From Gnetum montanum (taxonomy: Eukaryota; Plantae; Gnetophyta), in NCBI GenBank assembly GCA_015680685.1, contig MNCI01003135.1:62001-126000 (forward strand): a DNA stretch of 64,000 bases, read 5' to 3'. Under the pieces are notes generated by a model. The model did not search any database and was not told where the DNA came from. It saw only the letters and a list, made by a program, of their open reading frames with translations. Both the position numbers and the translations under genes were made by a program. Positions 23,316 through 37,803 of the stretch are shown piece by piece (within the stretch, counting starts at the first letter, position 1; each line of letters opens with the position of its first letter).

Positions 23316-25315
23316 ATATAATCACATGAAACTAACTATTAGTAATTCTATTTACAAATTTTGATTTATAGCTTTCTCCTTGCCCTTAATAGATTCATTT
23401 CTTACCTAGTGTGATTCAGAGTTAGAAATTTTTACAAAAATTCTCCTAAATTTTTTTATATTGGGCCCAATTTGATTAGGTGACTCCAAAAATAATTTTC
23501 ATGGATTGGGTGAAGAAATAAAATTAATTTGGCAAATTCTTTTAGCATTTTTAACATCACTTACCCTTTATGATATCCTTCGAGCAATGATAAATTTTGA
23601 AAAAATTACATGCAACTTGGAGCATACCCTACCCCCATAACTAAGTTAAACACTCTAGGTTTAAGTAGGTTCAATTGGAACAAGAATCAAAGTGTTAATC
23701 AGCAAGATATTGATGTTTGAATAATATGTGTGCAAGCTTGAAAATTCATGGAAGAAAATTGCAACAACTCCCCTCGCATCAATAGTGAAAAATGACATTG
23801 ACGTGCATGGGTGTGGGGGGGGAGGGGGGGGGATCCATATATATAGTTTTTGTAGACTTGATATCGCATACCTGCTAGCATGAACCCAATATTGCGTTGG
23901 ACCCAATACTGGGTACCCAATATCACATCCCTTTCAAAATAGGGTACTTAGCATAATTGATAAATTTTCAAATTTCCAAGGCCAAAAATGAAGGATTTAA
24001 GGTTAATTCAAAAGATCTAGGGTAACATCAAAGAGACCTAAAGGTACCAAAAGTAGAATGAAGCAAAATTTTGCAATGGAGTTCTTGAATGGAGTAAAAA
24101 AAAAAGTACATGTAGTAGTACATAGGAATTTTTGAATCAAAATAATGATAAGGAAAAGGATAATTTTATCAATGCAATGCTTGGAGGGTAGAATATGATG
24201 TGGTGATGTGCAATGAGTGCAAATTACAAAAGTTATGCAAGTGGATCCTCCCCAAAGTAGGTTCCTACCTATCATGCCCTTACGTAACCACATCTTAAAA
24301 TATTTGTAGGCACTAAAAGTGTTAAATGCAATCTGCACTAGTGTAACAAAACACACACATGTTAAATACCACTATGATGAGGTATGAGTTCTATGCGATA
24401 CAAGACACAAGTTCCAAAAAAACTTAGAAAATGGTGTGAAAAGAATCATAGAAGGGATTGCAAAGATCAAATGTGAGGTAACTAACCTTGGGCATAATGA
24501 ATCCTAAGTGTAGGACATGATTAATGTATCATTAGCATTTCACTCCAAAATCATGACAAGTCCATGCCTCTAATAATTGACATCACATTATTTTATCCAA
24601 TGATGAACAACCATAAGAGAACCTTGACAACAAGGTGTATAGTCACTTAAATTTTTGTCCAAGGGAGAAGTGATTTGGAATTTCTCTATGGCACATTTTT
24701 CTTGATCTTTTATTTGTTATTCTTTTTTCTTCTTTCTTTTCTTTTTCTTTGCCTAGCCTCTTTGGCACTTTGTCCTTTCCAAAAGTGTTCTAGAGAAGCT
24801 ACCAACCTTCATGCATGGGTGCATGTCTTTCTAGTGGGACCCCCCATAATAGCTTTGAGTTCCTTTATCACAACTCTTAGTCCCATTTTTTGTTAGATCT
24901 ACAAGGATCTTAGTATAGCCAAGTTATATGATAGCACCTATAGATGTCACCAAAGAAAATCCATAGGTCCCCTTGATGTCACACTCTAGTCATTCCCTTC
25001 TTAGTTCATCATTCTTTACTCTAGGCATAATAAGCAAAAAATTACCTTAAGTTTTGATGATGGAAAAAATATCATCATACCCAGGGTAGAAACTCTTATT
25101 CATAGAATGGGTGGGTGGATGTTGTGGGCTCACTATCCAAATAATTAGTTACCTAAGACTTGATGGCATAGAACAACACCTCAACTGACAAGGCACATGA
25201 GTATTTTATTCACCAATGAGATTACTCTCAAAAAGATAAAATTAAAAAATTAAAAATGAAAAACTAGAAAACAAAAAATTGTAAAATTAAAGAGAATGAA
25301 AAAAAATTACTAATT

Positions 25316-26830
25316 CTACTTGTTAGAATGGAGGATATCCCCCATGGCTAAATCCTCAAGTATGGCTAGAATTAATAAATGAAGAATTTGGATCCATGCA
25401 TGTTGGAAACATAGGGGTCCAGTAATATTCAAACCACTGGGTGTCTTTTGATATGGTGGTAGGAATGTATCCAAATTGAGGTTCACATACTTGATTAAAG
25501 TAAGCATAATGGGATAGATTATAAAATGTGGTCATGTGATAAGGAGCTAACCCACTATGGCATGCATGACCATAAGATGGTATGCAAGGATCAATATGTC
25601 TCCCTACATGGTCATATTCATTGGGATGCATGGTTGTTGGAGTGTTAATTGATGGCCTAAATAAGGTAATAGGAGGCATTGAGTTTGAGGAGGAAGATGC
25701 ATCATAGCGCTTGGCTTGTGTTGAGTTCGAGGATGCAGTGGGTTTAGAACTATGTTGTCTCTTTCTATGTTCATGCCTAAAGAAAAAATGCTTTTGAGAT
25801 TGTGGAGGACCTCCATTGCTATGAACGATACCAACACAAGTAACATTCATGCATTGATGCTATGGTGCAATACTTTCTAGCACAACTAGTGGTAATGTAG
25901 AAGGAGGTGAAGGATGAGAATATTGAGGATCAAGAGAAGTGCAAGGCACATGAGGTGGTGATCTTGTTGGAGAGGACATGGATTGATAGTACTTGAGAGA
26001 ATGATAATGATGAGGTGAAGTAGAGGATGATGATCTAGTTGGAGAAAAAGGGTGTTGAACATAATAAGTGCTTGGTTTTGGCTAGTATGAAGGGTGTGGT
26101 TTATTTGGCAGTGGCCTCCCCCATGACTGGGATTTCTACCACTATGGTTGGACACAATACTTCTGTAAGAAATATAGATGTAGCATTCCTTCCCAATGCT
26201 CATGTAAATGTTATAGCATTTGGTATTAGCCTTTGGGGTGATCATATAGGCAAACAATACATTGATATGTATGATTGGCAGCTGAGTCCCTATCCTTATT
26301 ATCTTCAACCCTTCATTCTAATTGACAAATGGTGTTCTTTCCTATTTCTATGTTTGGCATCCTCTATTTCTTCTTGTTGTTAAAGTGATCACATGTGGTT
26401 CCACCTCTAATAATGTTATCATATTCTCCACATTTTTATGTACCCATTCCATCATCTTATTAATATTTGCCTCAATTTCCTCTACTGATCATAGTATTGG
26501 CAAACATGATTCCACCTCGATGAGGTGAGTTGATTTCTCCTCTTCATGCACCTGTGTTATTTTGAGATTTTGGTCCTATTGAGATTTTTCAACATTCTCC
26601 CATTTGGCTATTTCTCTTTCTTCTTTTGCTACCTACATGATAGGCTCTTGGAATTGGCGGGTTCGTAGTTCATATAGTTCACCTAGGGCATACATCCCTA
26701 GGGTCTCCCTTGTTTTATTATGCAGCCCATCCATGATGTGATAAATTAGCCTTTCCTTGGAGAACCCTTGGCTTGGGCATTTGTTTAAAAATGAATAGTA
26801 TCTTTCAAAGGCCATTTCTAAGGGTTCATG
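25316..26830 (-). pseudogene. gag: Element B gag, C-terminal part
   Basis: HEPLEMAFERYYSFLNKCPSQGFSKERLIYHIMDGL (ORF 26633-26845) and the Pro-rich tail (ORF 25356-25850) are colinear with A gag. Confidence 0.85.
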
Positions 26831-29800
26831 AAAGACCCTTGGCATGTATGCCTAGGGACGACTATCGGAGCTAAGGGCCCATCAATTGCAACACCTCATT
26901 GAACAGGTGGCCAAGGAGGAAGGAGAACTTAGAAAATAGGAGAGTGTAGAAGAATTTAATTGAGATTTCTCCATCAGAAAGAGGAAGGTCCGATTTTGTG
27001 ATGAGGAGAAGGAATCCCCACTAAAAGTAGCAGTGAACCAAAAGACCCTGCCTTTGCAAAAGTTTGCATCTAAAATTTTTGCAAAGGTCAATAAGATGTG
27101 GGACTCTTTGGACAAAAAATTTCAAAGTGTGCCAAAAATTGCAAAAGAGTCTAGAGAACAAGGTAATGATCTCGATCGGTGCAGGAAAAAGGAAGCTAAA
27201 CATGCCCAATATAGGCATAAGGGAAAAGTTGCTATAGTAGAGTAGGTTGTAGACTCTGACACCAAGGAGGATGATGAATGTGGCATATGCCAATATGAAC
27301 ATCCTAAGGGATGTTGTCCTATGGTGTCACATATTTAAGAGTCTGGGGTATACACATTGAATCCTTGCTTGGCAAAGAGACAAACACCCCTAAGGTTGCC
27401 TTACCCACAAGGCAACCCAAGGCACTTCCACCAATAGCAAGGATACTATCCAAGTTGAATGCCATCGCAACCTTATGAATACTTCTAGCAGTGGAAGCAC
27501 CCACAAGCATGGGGAATGCCACCTCCAAGGTAGTAGTACCATTATAAATAGCCAAGTCCCTATGGGTACTATGTTCAACAATTGGTCTCTCCACGAGACT
27601 CTTCAAGTCGTGTGGCCTTTCAAAGTCATTACCACCCCCAAAATATTTCTGACCTCAATCTCCATCACCCAAGGGGGATAACCCACATATCTTCTATCCT
27701 CTATCACCTTCTCCTACCACTCCTCCACAACATCCCACTCAACTACCACCTACTCCATTGATGTAGGGAGAGATACCGCCACAACTGCAACAATGAAATG
27801 CTACAAGGGCTATTAACTTACAACCAGCACCTCAGCTGAGTTGACCAAAATCCAATAATCTGAACATACCGTCACATACACCTATGGCTAGTGCCTTTAA
27901 ACCTTCAAGCACCTCCACTATTCCACCACTTGAGAAGCTTTCAAGCCAACCACACTCCAACGTCTAGATGATCATGCTCACACACACCATGACAGACTTG
28001 ATCAAGGCAGGTCATCTTCCACAGAAATTGACTGATCCGGGAAGCCCCCTCATCTATCTTCAAGTGGCAGGGAATGAGCCATGCAAAGCTCTTCTAGACT
28101 TGGGGTTAGGAGTTAATTTTATCTCTCATGACATGTACAAGAACTGGAACCTAGCCCTGCTAAGAAGAGCAACATTCGGCTCAAGTTAGCATACCAGTCC
28201 ATCACCATTCCCTTGGGATTGGTGGAGGACATTATGACCACTGTTTGTAGGTGGTCCTATCTTACTGATCTCCTTGTCATCTGTGTGGAGAACTACAAGG
28301 GAAAATTTCCAATCATCATGGGAAGAGCCTGGTTGCGCACGGTGGATGCACAACAAAGACTCCGAGATCTGTCCCTTGAAATTTCAAAAAAAAATCCTTT
28401 CGAGAAGGATTGAGAAGAAGCGCGTTCCATGCATCATGTACAGTAACTTAGGGTGAAAATTTGTGCAGCTGTTATGGTCCACTAAGTGGATATCCATTCA
28501 AGCATGCAGTCGATGTACCAAGGAATCACCTATCCAATAGTGCCTGTACACAATAACCACCAACCAAGAGGACACCCAGTGGCTAACAGCTGATCTAGCT
28601 AGTAGCACATTGTGCATGGAACTGTCTAAGGGGCTTGTACAAGCCTACGTTGAAAGCATGGATGAAATGTGAGAGGTTCATCAATAGGTCTCCACTATTG
28701 ATGACCAAGATGATTAGGGAAAGCCGAAAATCCCTAAAAGCTTTAAGAAAGAGCCCCTGGAGCTCATGCCTTTACCAACTTACTTAGAATATGCTTTTTT
28801 GCAAAATGGGAAGCTGGTAATCATCAATACCACCCTGGCTCTAGAATAGAAGAAGAAGTTGCTTAAGGTGGTAAACAAATGGGATGTTGCATTCACATGG
28901 TTGAAACCCCTAAGTTAACCGGAGATGATCTTAGGGTCTACCAGCATTAGATCTATATTTTCCCTTCCATGAAGCCATGAAGATGACCACAAAGATGATT
29001 GAACTGCAAATTGAATTAGCTCATTAAAGATGAAATTGAACAATTTCTAAAGATGAGGTTCATCTATTCTATTGTCAATAGCGAATGGGTCAGCCCACTC
29101 ATTATCATGCTGAAGAAAGCTAGCAAATGGAGGGTCTATATTGATTTTTGATTGCTCAACATGGCTACCTTCAATGATCATTTTCCACTCTCATTTGTGG
29201 ACTAGGTGTTGGACACCATCGCAGGGCAGACGACTAGGCCAAAATAACTTTCACAAGTCCTTGGGGAACTTTCTCATATAAGAAGATGCCCTTTGGCCTG
29301 TGCAATGTGCTTACTACGTTCCAACGCCTTGTCCTCAGCATCTTCCAACAACAGATTGGCAATGGGGTAGAAGTATTTATGGATGACTTCTCCACCTATG
29401 GGGCCACGTTCAACCAAGCCTTAGACCATCTTGAGCAAGTTCTAAAATCGTGTGTAGACACTAATCTATCGCTCAATTGGCAGAAAAGCCATTTGATGAT
29501 CCAAGAAGACATTATGCTAGGGCATCGCATATATCCAAGGAATCTGCTGCCAACCAAGTATCATCAAAGATGTTTGGTCATTCCTTGGCCACACTGGTTA
29601 CTACCGGTGCTTCATTCAAAACTTTTCAAATATCGTCAAGCCATTGGTAGAACTTAAAAAGAAAGATGCTCCATTCATATAGACCAAGGAGTGTGAGTCT
29701 GCATTCCAAGCAGTAAAACAGAAACTCATAGAAACTCCAGTTCTACTGGTACGTCATTGGTCCAGGACCTTCCACATTATGATGGATGCATCCAACTACA

Positions 29801-31284
29801 ACTTGGGAGTTGTGCTTACATAGTGTGATGATCAAAAATATCCATAATATATCCACTATGCAAGCCATAGCATTGTAGCTGATTAGTTGAACTACACCAC
29901 CATTGAGAGGGAGTTGATGGCAGTGGTGTTCGCCTTGGAAAAATTTCAGCACTATGTGCTCAGATACAAGGTGTTCATGCATACTGATCACAGTGCTATT
30001 CAGTTCCTGATGAATAAACCAATGGTGAGCCCCCACATCATTCAATGGTTGATGATTCTTTAGGAGTTTGATCTCACCATGGTACACCAGAAGGGGACTG
30101 AGAATATGGTGGCTAACCACTTGTCTCAGCTATGATGTGATGAGACAAAAGAGGAGGAGCCCCTCTCCAACCAATTTCTAGATGAACTCCTCTTCGTAGG
30201 TGAAGGAGATTCATGAGTACCCAAGGAATCTCCTTGGTTCAACAGCATCCTCACCTACCTCACAACCTAGGAGTTGCCAATGGAGTGGAACCATTGGAAG
30301 AAACAACAGTTTCTTCATAAGGCCAAGAATTTCATAAAAATCAATGGCCACCTTTATAAGGTGTGCGCAGATGGCCTAGTTCAATGGTGTGTCCCTGATG
30401 ATGATACACTACACATCCTCCAAGATGCTCATGAGGGTCCTTGTGGGGGCTACTATGTCAGACGTCACAATGCCATTAAGATCTTGCTTGCAGGATATTA
30501 CTAGCCTACGATTTTTAGGGATGTACAATGGTTTGCCTGATCCTAGGAATGATGCCAAAAAGATGGTGGGATGTCGGCATGATTGAAGGGACCTCAATAG
30601 TGGATCTAGCCACTAGACACCTTAGACATCTGGGGCATCGACTTTATGGGATCCATCATGCCCTTGTCAAATGGAAAAGCATACATCATCATAGCTATGG
30701 ACTACTATACAAAGTGGGTAGAAGCAGTAGCTGTTGTTGACTATTCTTCCAACACTACCACATGATTTGTCAAACAACAAATCATTAATAGGTTTGGCAT
30801 GCCACGTGCACTCATTTCTGATAATGGGACTCATTTCATGGGTGTCACTTTTTGAAAAATCATGCAACACTTGGGGGTTACCCATAAATTTACAACACCC
30901 TATCACCCCCAAGCCAATGGGCAGGCCAAAGTTACCAATAGGGAGATGACCAAGATCCTTACCTGAACCATCAACAAATATAGGAGGGATTGGAGTACTA
31001 AACTTAACGATGCCCTATGGGCCTATCGCACCACTTGGAAACTCCCTATAGGGTACTCTCCTTATGCGTTAGTGTATAGAAAGCTACCAACACTCCCAAT
31101 TCAAGCTGAACTCTACATACTATCCACCACCAGTGACTTAGGCCTTGACCTCTCACTAGCACAACGTGAACAACTTATCAATTTAATTGTGCTAGATGAA
31201 AACCGATTAGTGGCCCTGTCTTCCAATGAGATCCACAAGGCCTATAACAAAAAATGACATGATCTTAGGATTTGGAAGGTCACA
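26831..31284 (+). pseudogene. Element C gag-pol, degenerate with internal deletions
   Basis: TLGMYA...LIEQVAKEEGE (gag); LPQKLTDPGSP...ALLDLGLGVNF and PIIMGRAWL (PR); MPFGLCN...VEVFMDDFS (RT); MMDASNY (RH); ILQDAHEGPCGG, WGIDFMG, YHPQANGQ (INT). A conserved RT block is missing near 29230 and the integrase tail is cut at about 31284. Confidence 0.9.
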
Positions 31285-32968
31285 TGTGATAACATTGGAA
31301 ATGAGTCCACATCATCCACCCATTCACCCACTCCATGGTTTCCCTTCTATTGTGAACATGCAACTCCTTCACTTAAAAACATTGTAATTAATGTATGACT
31401 TATGTAGTTCCCAAACTTGGGGATGACCCAATGGTTTGAATCGGGTGTGACTTTAAGGGGAATGCAACATTTATCATGCTCTCCTATCCCCTAGGTTGCT
31501 AGTGTGTCTTTACGGATTTCCTCCGCTCCACGTTCTTCTCTTCGAGGGAGCTTTTGGATAGTTCGACTTTGGATGATGTTGTCCTCACGGAAATATTCAC
31601 AAGAAAAAAAATAAACATGAGGATTCAAACCACACCCCTTGGTTGAATGCATGCACACATGCATGGATCTTTGCCTAGTGTGGTTCCCCTAAAAAGGAAA
31701 AAAATCACTATGAGGGAATTCAAAGCACACCCCTTAGACCACCTCTCATGGGCCACAAGCATTAGTTGTGGGACTTCCTTAGTCCCCTCTAACTTATTCC
31801 CATTTCACTTCCTTCCTCTCAAGTTTTTTGGAGTGGTGGTTCTCTATTGATGCATTCCTACATCCTTAGGGGATGGTCAAGGCTTTGTCTGTTGTTGCAA
31901 TGTCACTGAATGTGGATGATTTTTGGTTTGAACTTAGGAAAGGTTCTACCGGGTCACTTAACAAGAACTGCACATGGGATTTCATGTGACCGACGATCGA
32001 ATTCCATTTTATCATCTCTCTCTCTTCACCTAGTTCCCCCAATAACTCACCTCACTTCCTATTTTATGTTGCGAAAGTTCATCATGGTTTTCATGGGATT
32101 CTCATGCCTTGACAGGATCCCTTGGGTAGGAGTCTTAACTCACGATAACCATTCCTTGGCCCCGAGGCCCACAGACCCTAATGTTAATGATATGCAGGGG
32201 CTACTATGACTATTGCTGGTTATGGGTAGGACCCACCTACATATCCTTGGTCCTTCTTGTTAAGTCTCCCATCCTTTAGATTTCGTGGTTGATTATTTTT
32301 TGGGTCCCATCACTGGATTTCTTCCCCATGGAGTCCTTTTGAGTCACATTCTCCTATTTTTGACTCTTTCTCAAGCCCAGATTTTCCTCCTCCTATCCTC
32401 AGCCATGTTCAAATCTCTCATGCACTTCAACTACACCAATTTGGCATTTCATATTTATCATTTCGGGCTTTTTTTGGGTTGGTCAACATGTGCACACCAC
32501 TGTATATATAGGGCCTCATATACGCAGCCCACTGAGTATATATGACTACATATAAGTAGCCCCGTCAATGCAGCACCTAATCCCTATATATACACCCACC
32601 ATGCTTTGAATTTTCATCATTTAAGACACAAATTTGAAGGAGATTTTACCATTTATTCTACCTAACGCTTCCCAATGCACCTACATTCCATCTCTTGTCC
32701 GCATCCATCGATCCTTGCTCTTTTAAGCAACCAAAGGTATGCTCTCAGTCATGGGGGGGTGATGCCTAAGTGTAATTAATTACAGAAATAACCATTTAAA
32801 CTTCAACTCATTCTTTATTTTTTTTGGCTCTAACCCATAAATTAACACTCCGGGAGACTTAATGGAATGCTTGTGCCAACAACATAACTTAGTCTAATTG
32901 AGAAGGTGTATAAAGACCATCTTGAGCTAATTATGCATAATTTAATTGGTGGTTATGTTTGATTGCAG

Positions 32969-35797
32969 ATGGCACCAAAACCAAGGCACCTAAGGGGTGA
33001 AGGACCATCACAACCAAGGGACAAGGGTCCGCGCACGGGAAGGGGACAAGGTGTGCAATAGCCAGAGCATGTGGAGGGCTCTCATGCAACTGGCCCCCTC
33101 TGCAAAGGACATGATGTGGAATCTATCCATCAGATTCCTGAAGAGGAGATCCCTAGTGAGCAATCACAAGGGGATGAGACTCCCGGGATAGCACCACGGC
33201 TTGAGGTCACCTTGAACCAAGTTTGTCTTGATGCTATCACACAACGCAAGGTACAACAGATGGTCCTCCAAGAGCTAAACTTTGGACCATTACTCGAGAA
33301 GGCACCAGAAGAAGTAAGGCTCCAATTACAAAACTCTTCGATGTGGCCAATCATCACAACTAGTGGTGAATGGTACTTAGGAGAGACCTACCTCTTCTAG
33401 ATTAATCAGCAACCAGGGTCTAGAGTAAGAATCAAAGACATTTATGTCTCTTACTCTTTAGAGGCAATAGCGTAGGCTCTGGGGTTGCCCAAGACCTTGG
33501 CAGATGTGGTGGAAATCCCAAAATAGGCTGACCCAGAGGTAAAGGAAGAATGGACCAAACGGTGCTATGGGGTAGAATGCAAGGAATTTAGCTCTTTTAC
33601 ATTGGCAAAGAGAGTGTACCCAAATATCACATCTTACTACTTGAACTCAATGGTAAGACCCTACAAAATCATAGCCTTCTCCCTTGTGTGTGTGTCGCCT
33701 TGAGTGGGAAATTCCCAATGAATCTTCCACAACTGTTGTTCTTAGAGATTGAAAAGAGGTTCGTTAGGAGTGAACATGGAAGATGAGCTCTCCCCTTTCC
33801 CTGCCTAATCCAAAAGTTATGCAAATGGGCAAGGATAGCACAGTACTCCAATGATGTAATCCAGCACACCCCGATTTCCTCCTAGCAAGAAATGATGAAG
33901 GATAAAACTCCTGCCATCACACAGATAGAGGAGGAGTAGCAACCACCTCCACCACCTACACAAACAACAAGGCTGGATTCATAAACCTTTGTAGAACACA
34001 TCTGTGAGATCCAACAAATGCTCTTGAGTTAGCAAGAGTAATCTGTCAGAACTGGTGGAGAAGAAGACCCTTTGGTCTATTGTCCTGCCATGAGCCACCT
34101 AGAGCAAGTGGCTCGATTAGTTAGCTTGCTTGAAAGGGTAGGGTCGATGTTCTCTGTAGCCCAAATGCAAGTGCCTACATGAACAGATCCTAGTGTTCAA
34201 GAGGTAACAGTGTCCACACGTTAGTTATTTCTTGAAATCTTAGGGAATGCTACCACCTTTTTGGTAAGCTTAGAGGATGGTCAAGGGGAAACAATCCTAG
34301 TGATGCAGCACTCAAGATAGGAGACTACGACTAAAGTGGTTACACACCGACAACACTTGTACCGAATGGTCATGGACTACAGGATGTACAGGCATCTTCT
34401 GAGACTTCACCTAGCAAGATTGATGCAGCCTAACATGAGGAGTTGTTGGATCGACTGGTGGAAACTGGGCAACCAATTTCAGATGTCTTTGACCTTTCAG
34501 ACAATATTACTGTAACATAGTCAAAGCTGTTCTCAGCAAGGGGTAAGAGCCTTGTTTTGGAAGGGCAACTTGAAGTTGCTCAAGTCACATTTCAAAGCTT
34601 GACAATAGAAGTAGCCCAATTGAGAGCCCAACTTGCCAATCTAACCATTCTCAACTGCAAAATCACCAAAGATGAAGTCTTTCAATAGCTTCAACTCAAA
34701 CTTTAGATCGTTGAGGATGTGTGAGAGATAGTGATCTTTGATAAGTCCTTGGAAGATGTTCGAGCATATCATTTAGACAAGGACTTGGTGGAGGTTCACC
34801 AGGAGAACATCCAACTGATTGTGGAGGTTCATCGCCTACACAATGTTGGTGCAAAAAAAAAACCATATGAAAAATTTTATCCACCAATAGCAAGAAGAAC
34901 TAGCTAGGGTGAACGCTGATGTAAGAAGGTTGGCTATTAAAAATTGAAATCTATCAATGGAGGAGGTTCAAGCATTGTGATAGAAATCTGTAATTGAAAT
35001 CGTTGCTTGGAAGAATGAGGCCCTGAAATTTGAAAAAATCAAAAATCATTATAGGGACCAAGTGGGATTGTAGAGGGAAGTAAATCAAAAGCATATTCAA
35101 GTTGAAAAGGCCAAAATGAACCAAGCTCTCTAGTAGCTCCAAGAAGGAAGAGAGATATGGCAACCTATCTTTGATGGGTTGAATGCCTACAATCAAGTTG
35201 AAATCCACCTTAAAGAGCTATAGATTGAAGAGATGACAGAATATATGGAGCTTTCCAACCTTCGATATGCAAACATAGCTATGCTCACAACTAGGAGACA
35301 ATGGTTAGATGGAAAAGCAAGTGGCCACCTTGTATTCTCTATACGAGGGTGAGTTCTAGGCACATAAAGCAACAAAGTATAAGCTAAAAATAGTAGATGT
35401 GAAACTCGAGTTTCTCCACACATGATTTGAAGGACAACGTACAATCACAGAGAACCTGGCTCATAGAATGAATGACTACCAGTAGCTGTAGACATCAATC
35501 TGAGCGTTCGATATCAAATGAAAGAAGTTCACAGTCTAGTTTGTCAACCTAAAAGAACTCTTCCTAGCACTACCATGCCCTTGGGAGGTTCCAATTCTAG
35601 TAGACATTGGAGAAGCTACCTCAACAATGAATGATCCCAATAGTAAAGAAGAAAAACTAAGGGCTCTCTTGGAGGCTTTCTAGCTACCTCCAAAAGTTGC
35701 AATTGCTATGGGGCAACTATCATTCATGCCACCACCAATGCATGGGCCAGAGGCAAGAGAAGGTCCATCGGAACCACTACCCCTAGGGATGAGGTGA
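32969..35797 (+). pseudogene. Element C ORF2 (env-like accessory ORF, about 940 codons, degenerate)
   Basis: TTGCAG followed by ATG GCA CCA AAA (MAPKPRH); GEWYLGETYLF; SYSLEAIA.ALGLP; long coiled-coil-like C-terminal half. Confidence 0.82.
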
Positions 35798-36019
35798 TCT
35801 TCTCCAACAATTTTGTGCATCATTCTACATAGTAGAGACTCCAATACTAGCAAGGTCTTCAATTTTTTCTCTAAACACCATCATTTTTTGTAATTTGTCC
35901 TTCTCTGTAACTCAGGAACTTGGTCATGTGTGTGTCAAGTCATGTGCATTGTAAATAAAAGTCTATACCTTCCAAATTGTAGAGTATCGAGGACCTTTTT
36001 TTACTCAATCATGGGGGAA

Positions 36020-36899
36020 TGATGAAGTTTCATTAGTCGATGCATTGACTAGGCCACGTATACGGGGCCGCATTGATACGGCCCCATCGACGCAGCCTTC
36101 CATGCATCCACGTGGCCCTGTTTACGTGAAGCCTATTTTGCCCTGTAAATAAGAGGGCCTTCTGCCTTATTTAGGTACCTTTCAATTAGTTGTAGTGAAG
36201 CTCTTACAGTTTGTTCTTGTAGGAGATAGAATATTTTCCAAGTGCCCACAGTAGGTGTAAGAAAAGTGATCTGCTCATTATTTGAGTGTTGATGTATCTG
36301 AGCCCATTGACATGATGGGAATAAAGATGAAATCTTCAAGCATTCCTTGTAGCATTTGGACTTAGTCATTTATTGCATTAATTAGTTTAATATGTTTATG
36401 CTTTGAAAATTTCTAAGTTTTGAATTATTTTTATTTCAATCACTCTCTCATAAGATTGTAAAGGCCATAAGTACAACCATCTCGAATGTAAACCCAACAC
36501 TTGGTAACCCATTGACAATTAACATCTGGTAACCCAGTAGTGTTTAGGGGATGCTTAGAACATGCTGGGAAGATGGAATTGGATACTTATGCTAGGAGTC
36601 ATTAATATTTAGATTAAGATAATATTAGATTAATTAATATTCTAGCCTTACTTCTCAAGAAAATTAGAAGCCAAAAGATAAGTAAAAAGCTATAAAAATC
36701 ATTAGCCTTAGTCTCACTTAACCATTGTAAATAGAACATCACAAGTGAGATTAGGAAGACAATGACCATTCTAACCTAAGATTTCATTGGTTAGGGTCTT
36801 GTGTATGTTAAGTGCTTAAAGTCTATGAAATTCAACCAAGTCATTTGTGAATGCCTATGATTTGTATGGTTGGGCATAGGGGTACCTAGCCACTCATCA
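36020..36899 (+). repeat. 3' LTR of element C
   Basis: TGATGAAG...CTCATCA, preceded by the PPT; similar to the F LTR (62757-63568). Confidence 0.88.
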
Positions 36900-37620
36900 G
36901 GTTTGATATCTTTCATTGAAAAGGTCTACCATGGTTGGCCAACGGTGAATTGATTATGGTTTTAACAATCTATACCATAATTTTGCTTGGCCAATGAGTG
37001 TCATAGGCAAGAGCTTAAGTCTTTTCCATCCATTATAAATATTGTTCCATGTAAAGGCATCATAGAAGGCTTGTAAATGCTATTGAAAATCTAAATCATA
37101 GCCTCCTAAAAACTTGGAAAGTTGTTCAAATTAAGCTTGCATAGACCACTATCCTTATGATGCCTACAAGATATTTGAATAGCCTCTTGTATATGCATTA
37201 GACTGTTAGTGGCTAGCAGGGGTTCATCGTCACTAAGTAGGTTATGAGTTGGTGAGTCAGGACGATGTTGTCTTTGTTCATGTTGGCATTCTTGACTTTA
37301 CTCATGGGTTCGATTTTTGTGTCTATGCTAATCCCTTGACGAATTGTCATTCGTTGCACAACTTGACATTGACGAGACAAATGAAGAGAAAGAATTGGAA
37401 GACTTGTCATTACTTGGATGCATTCTTACTAACTATTCAGAAGGTCCAAGACCTAATAGGCCTCCTCATTCCATGGGATGTATCATCCTCACTAAAGGTA
37501 TATGAGTTGGATGATAGGAGTCCTTGAGTATCATTGGGGTGTTCATGAACATATGAGACTCATGCATGAGGTTGAGTGCTCCAAACCTCTTCATTGTCAT
37601 ATATTTCATTGGTTCTCTAA
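36900..37620 (-). pseudogene. gag: Element B gag, N-terminal part
   Basis: Minus strand gives LNLNNFP..GGYDLD, RLKLLPMTLIGQAKLWY and TMVDLFNERYQT, ending exactly at the C LTR edge. Confidence 0.85.
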
Positions 37621-37803
37621 TGAATTGCCTCACTAGTTATTGCGTTATCATAGTCTTGTGAGAGATACATTGTTGTGAATTGTGTGTGACTTAATTGAAA
37701 TTAATTTCTTTTCTAAAAGATACATCATTAATACTTTGTTATAGAGATCTTGTCTGATATAACTAATCTATATAACTAGCACCATGCCTAGCAATGACAC
37801 CAA

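Larger units (their letters stand above)
26831..36899 (+). mobile_element. Element C: autonomous-type Athila-like element (gag-pol, noncoding spacer, ORF2, 3' LTR); 5' LTR and gag start deleted
   Basis: gag remnant, PR, RT, RH, INT, ORF2, PPT ATGGGGGAA and LTR 36020-36899; it interrupts B gag in the opposite orientation. Confidence 0.9.
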
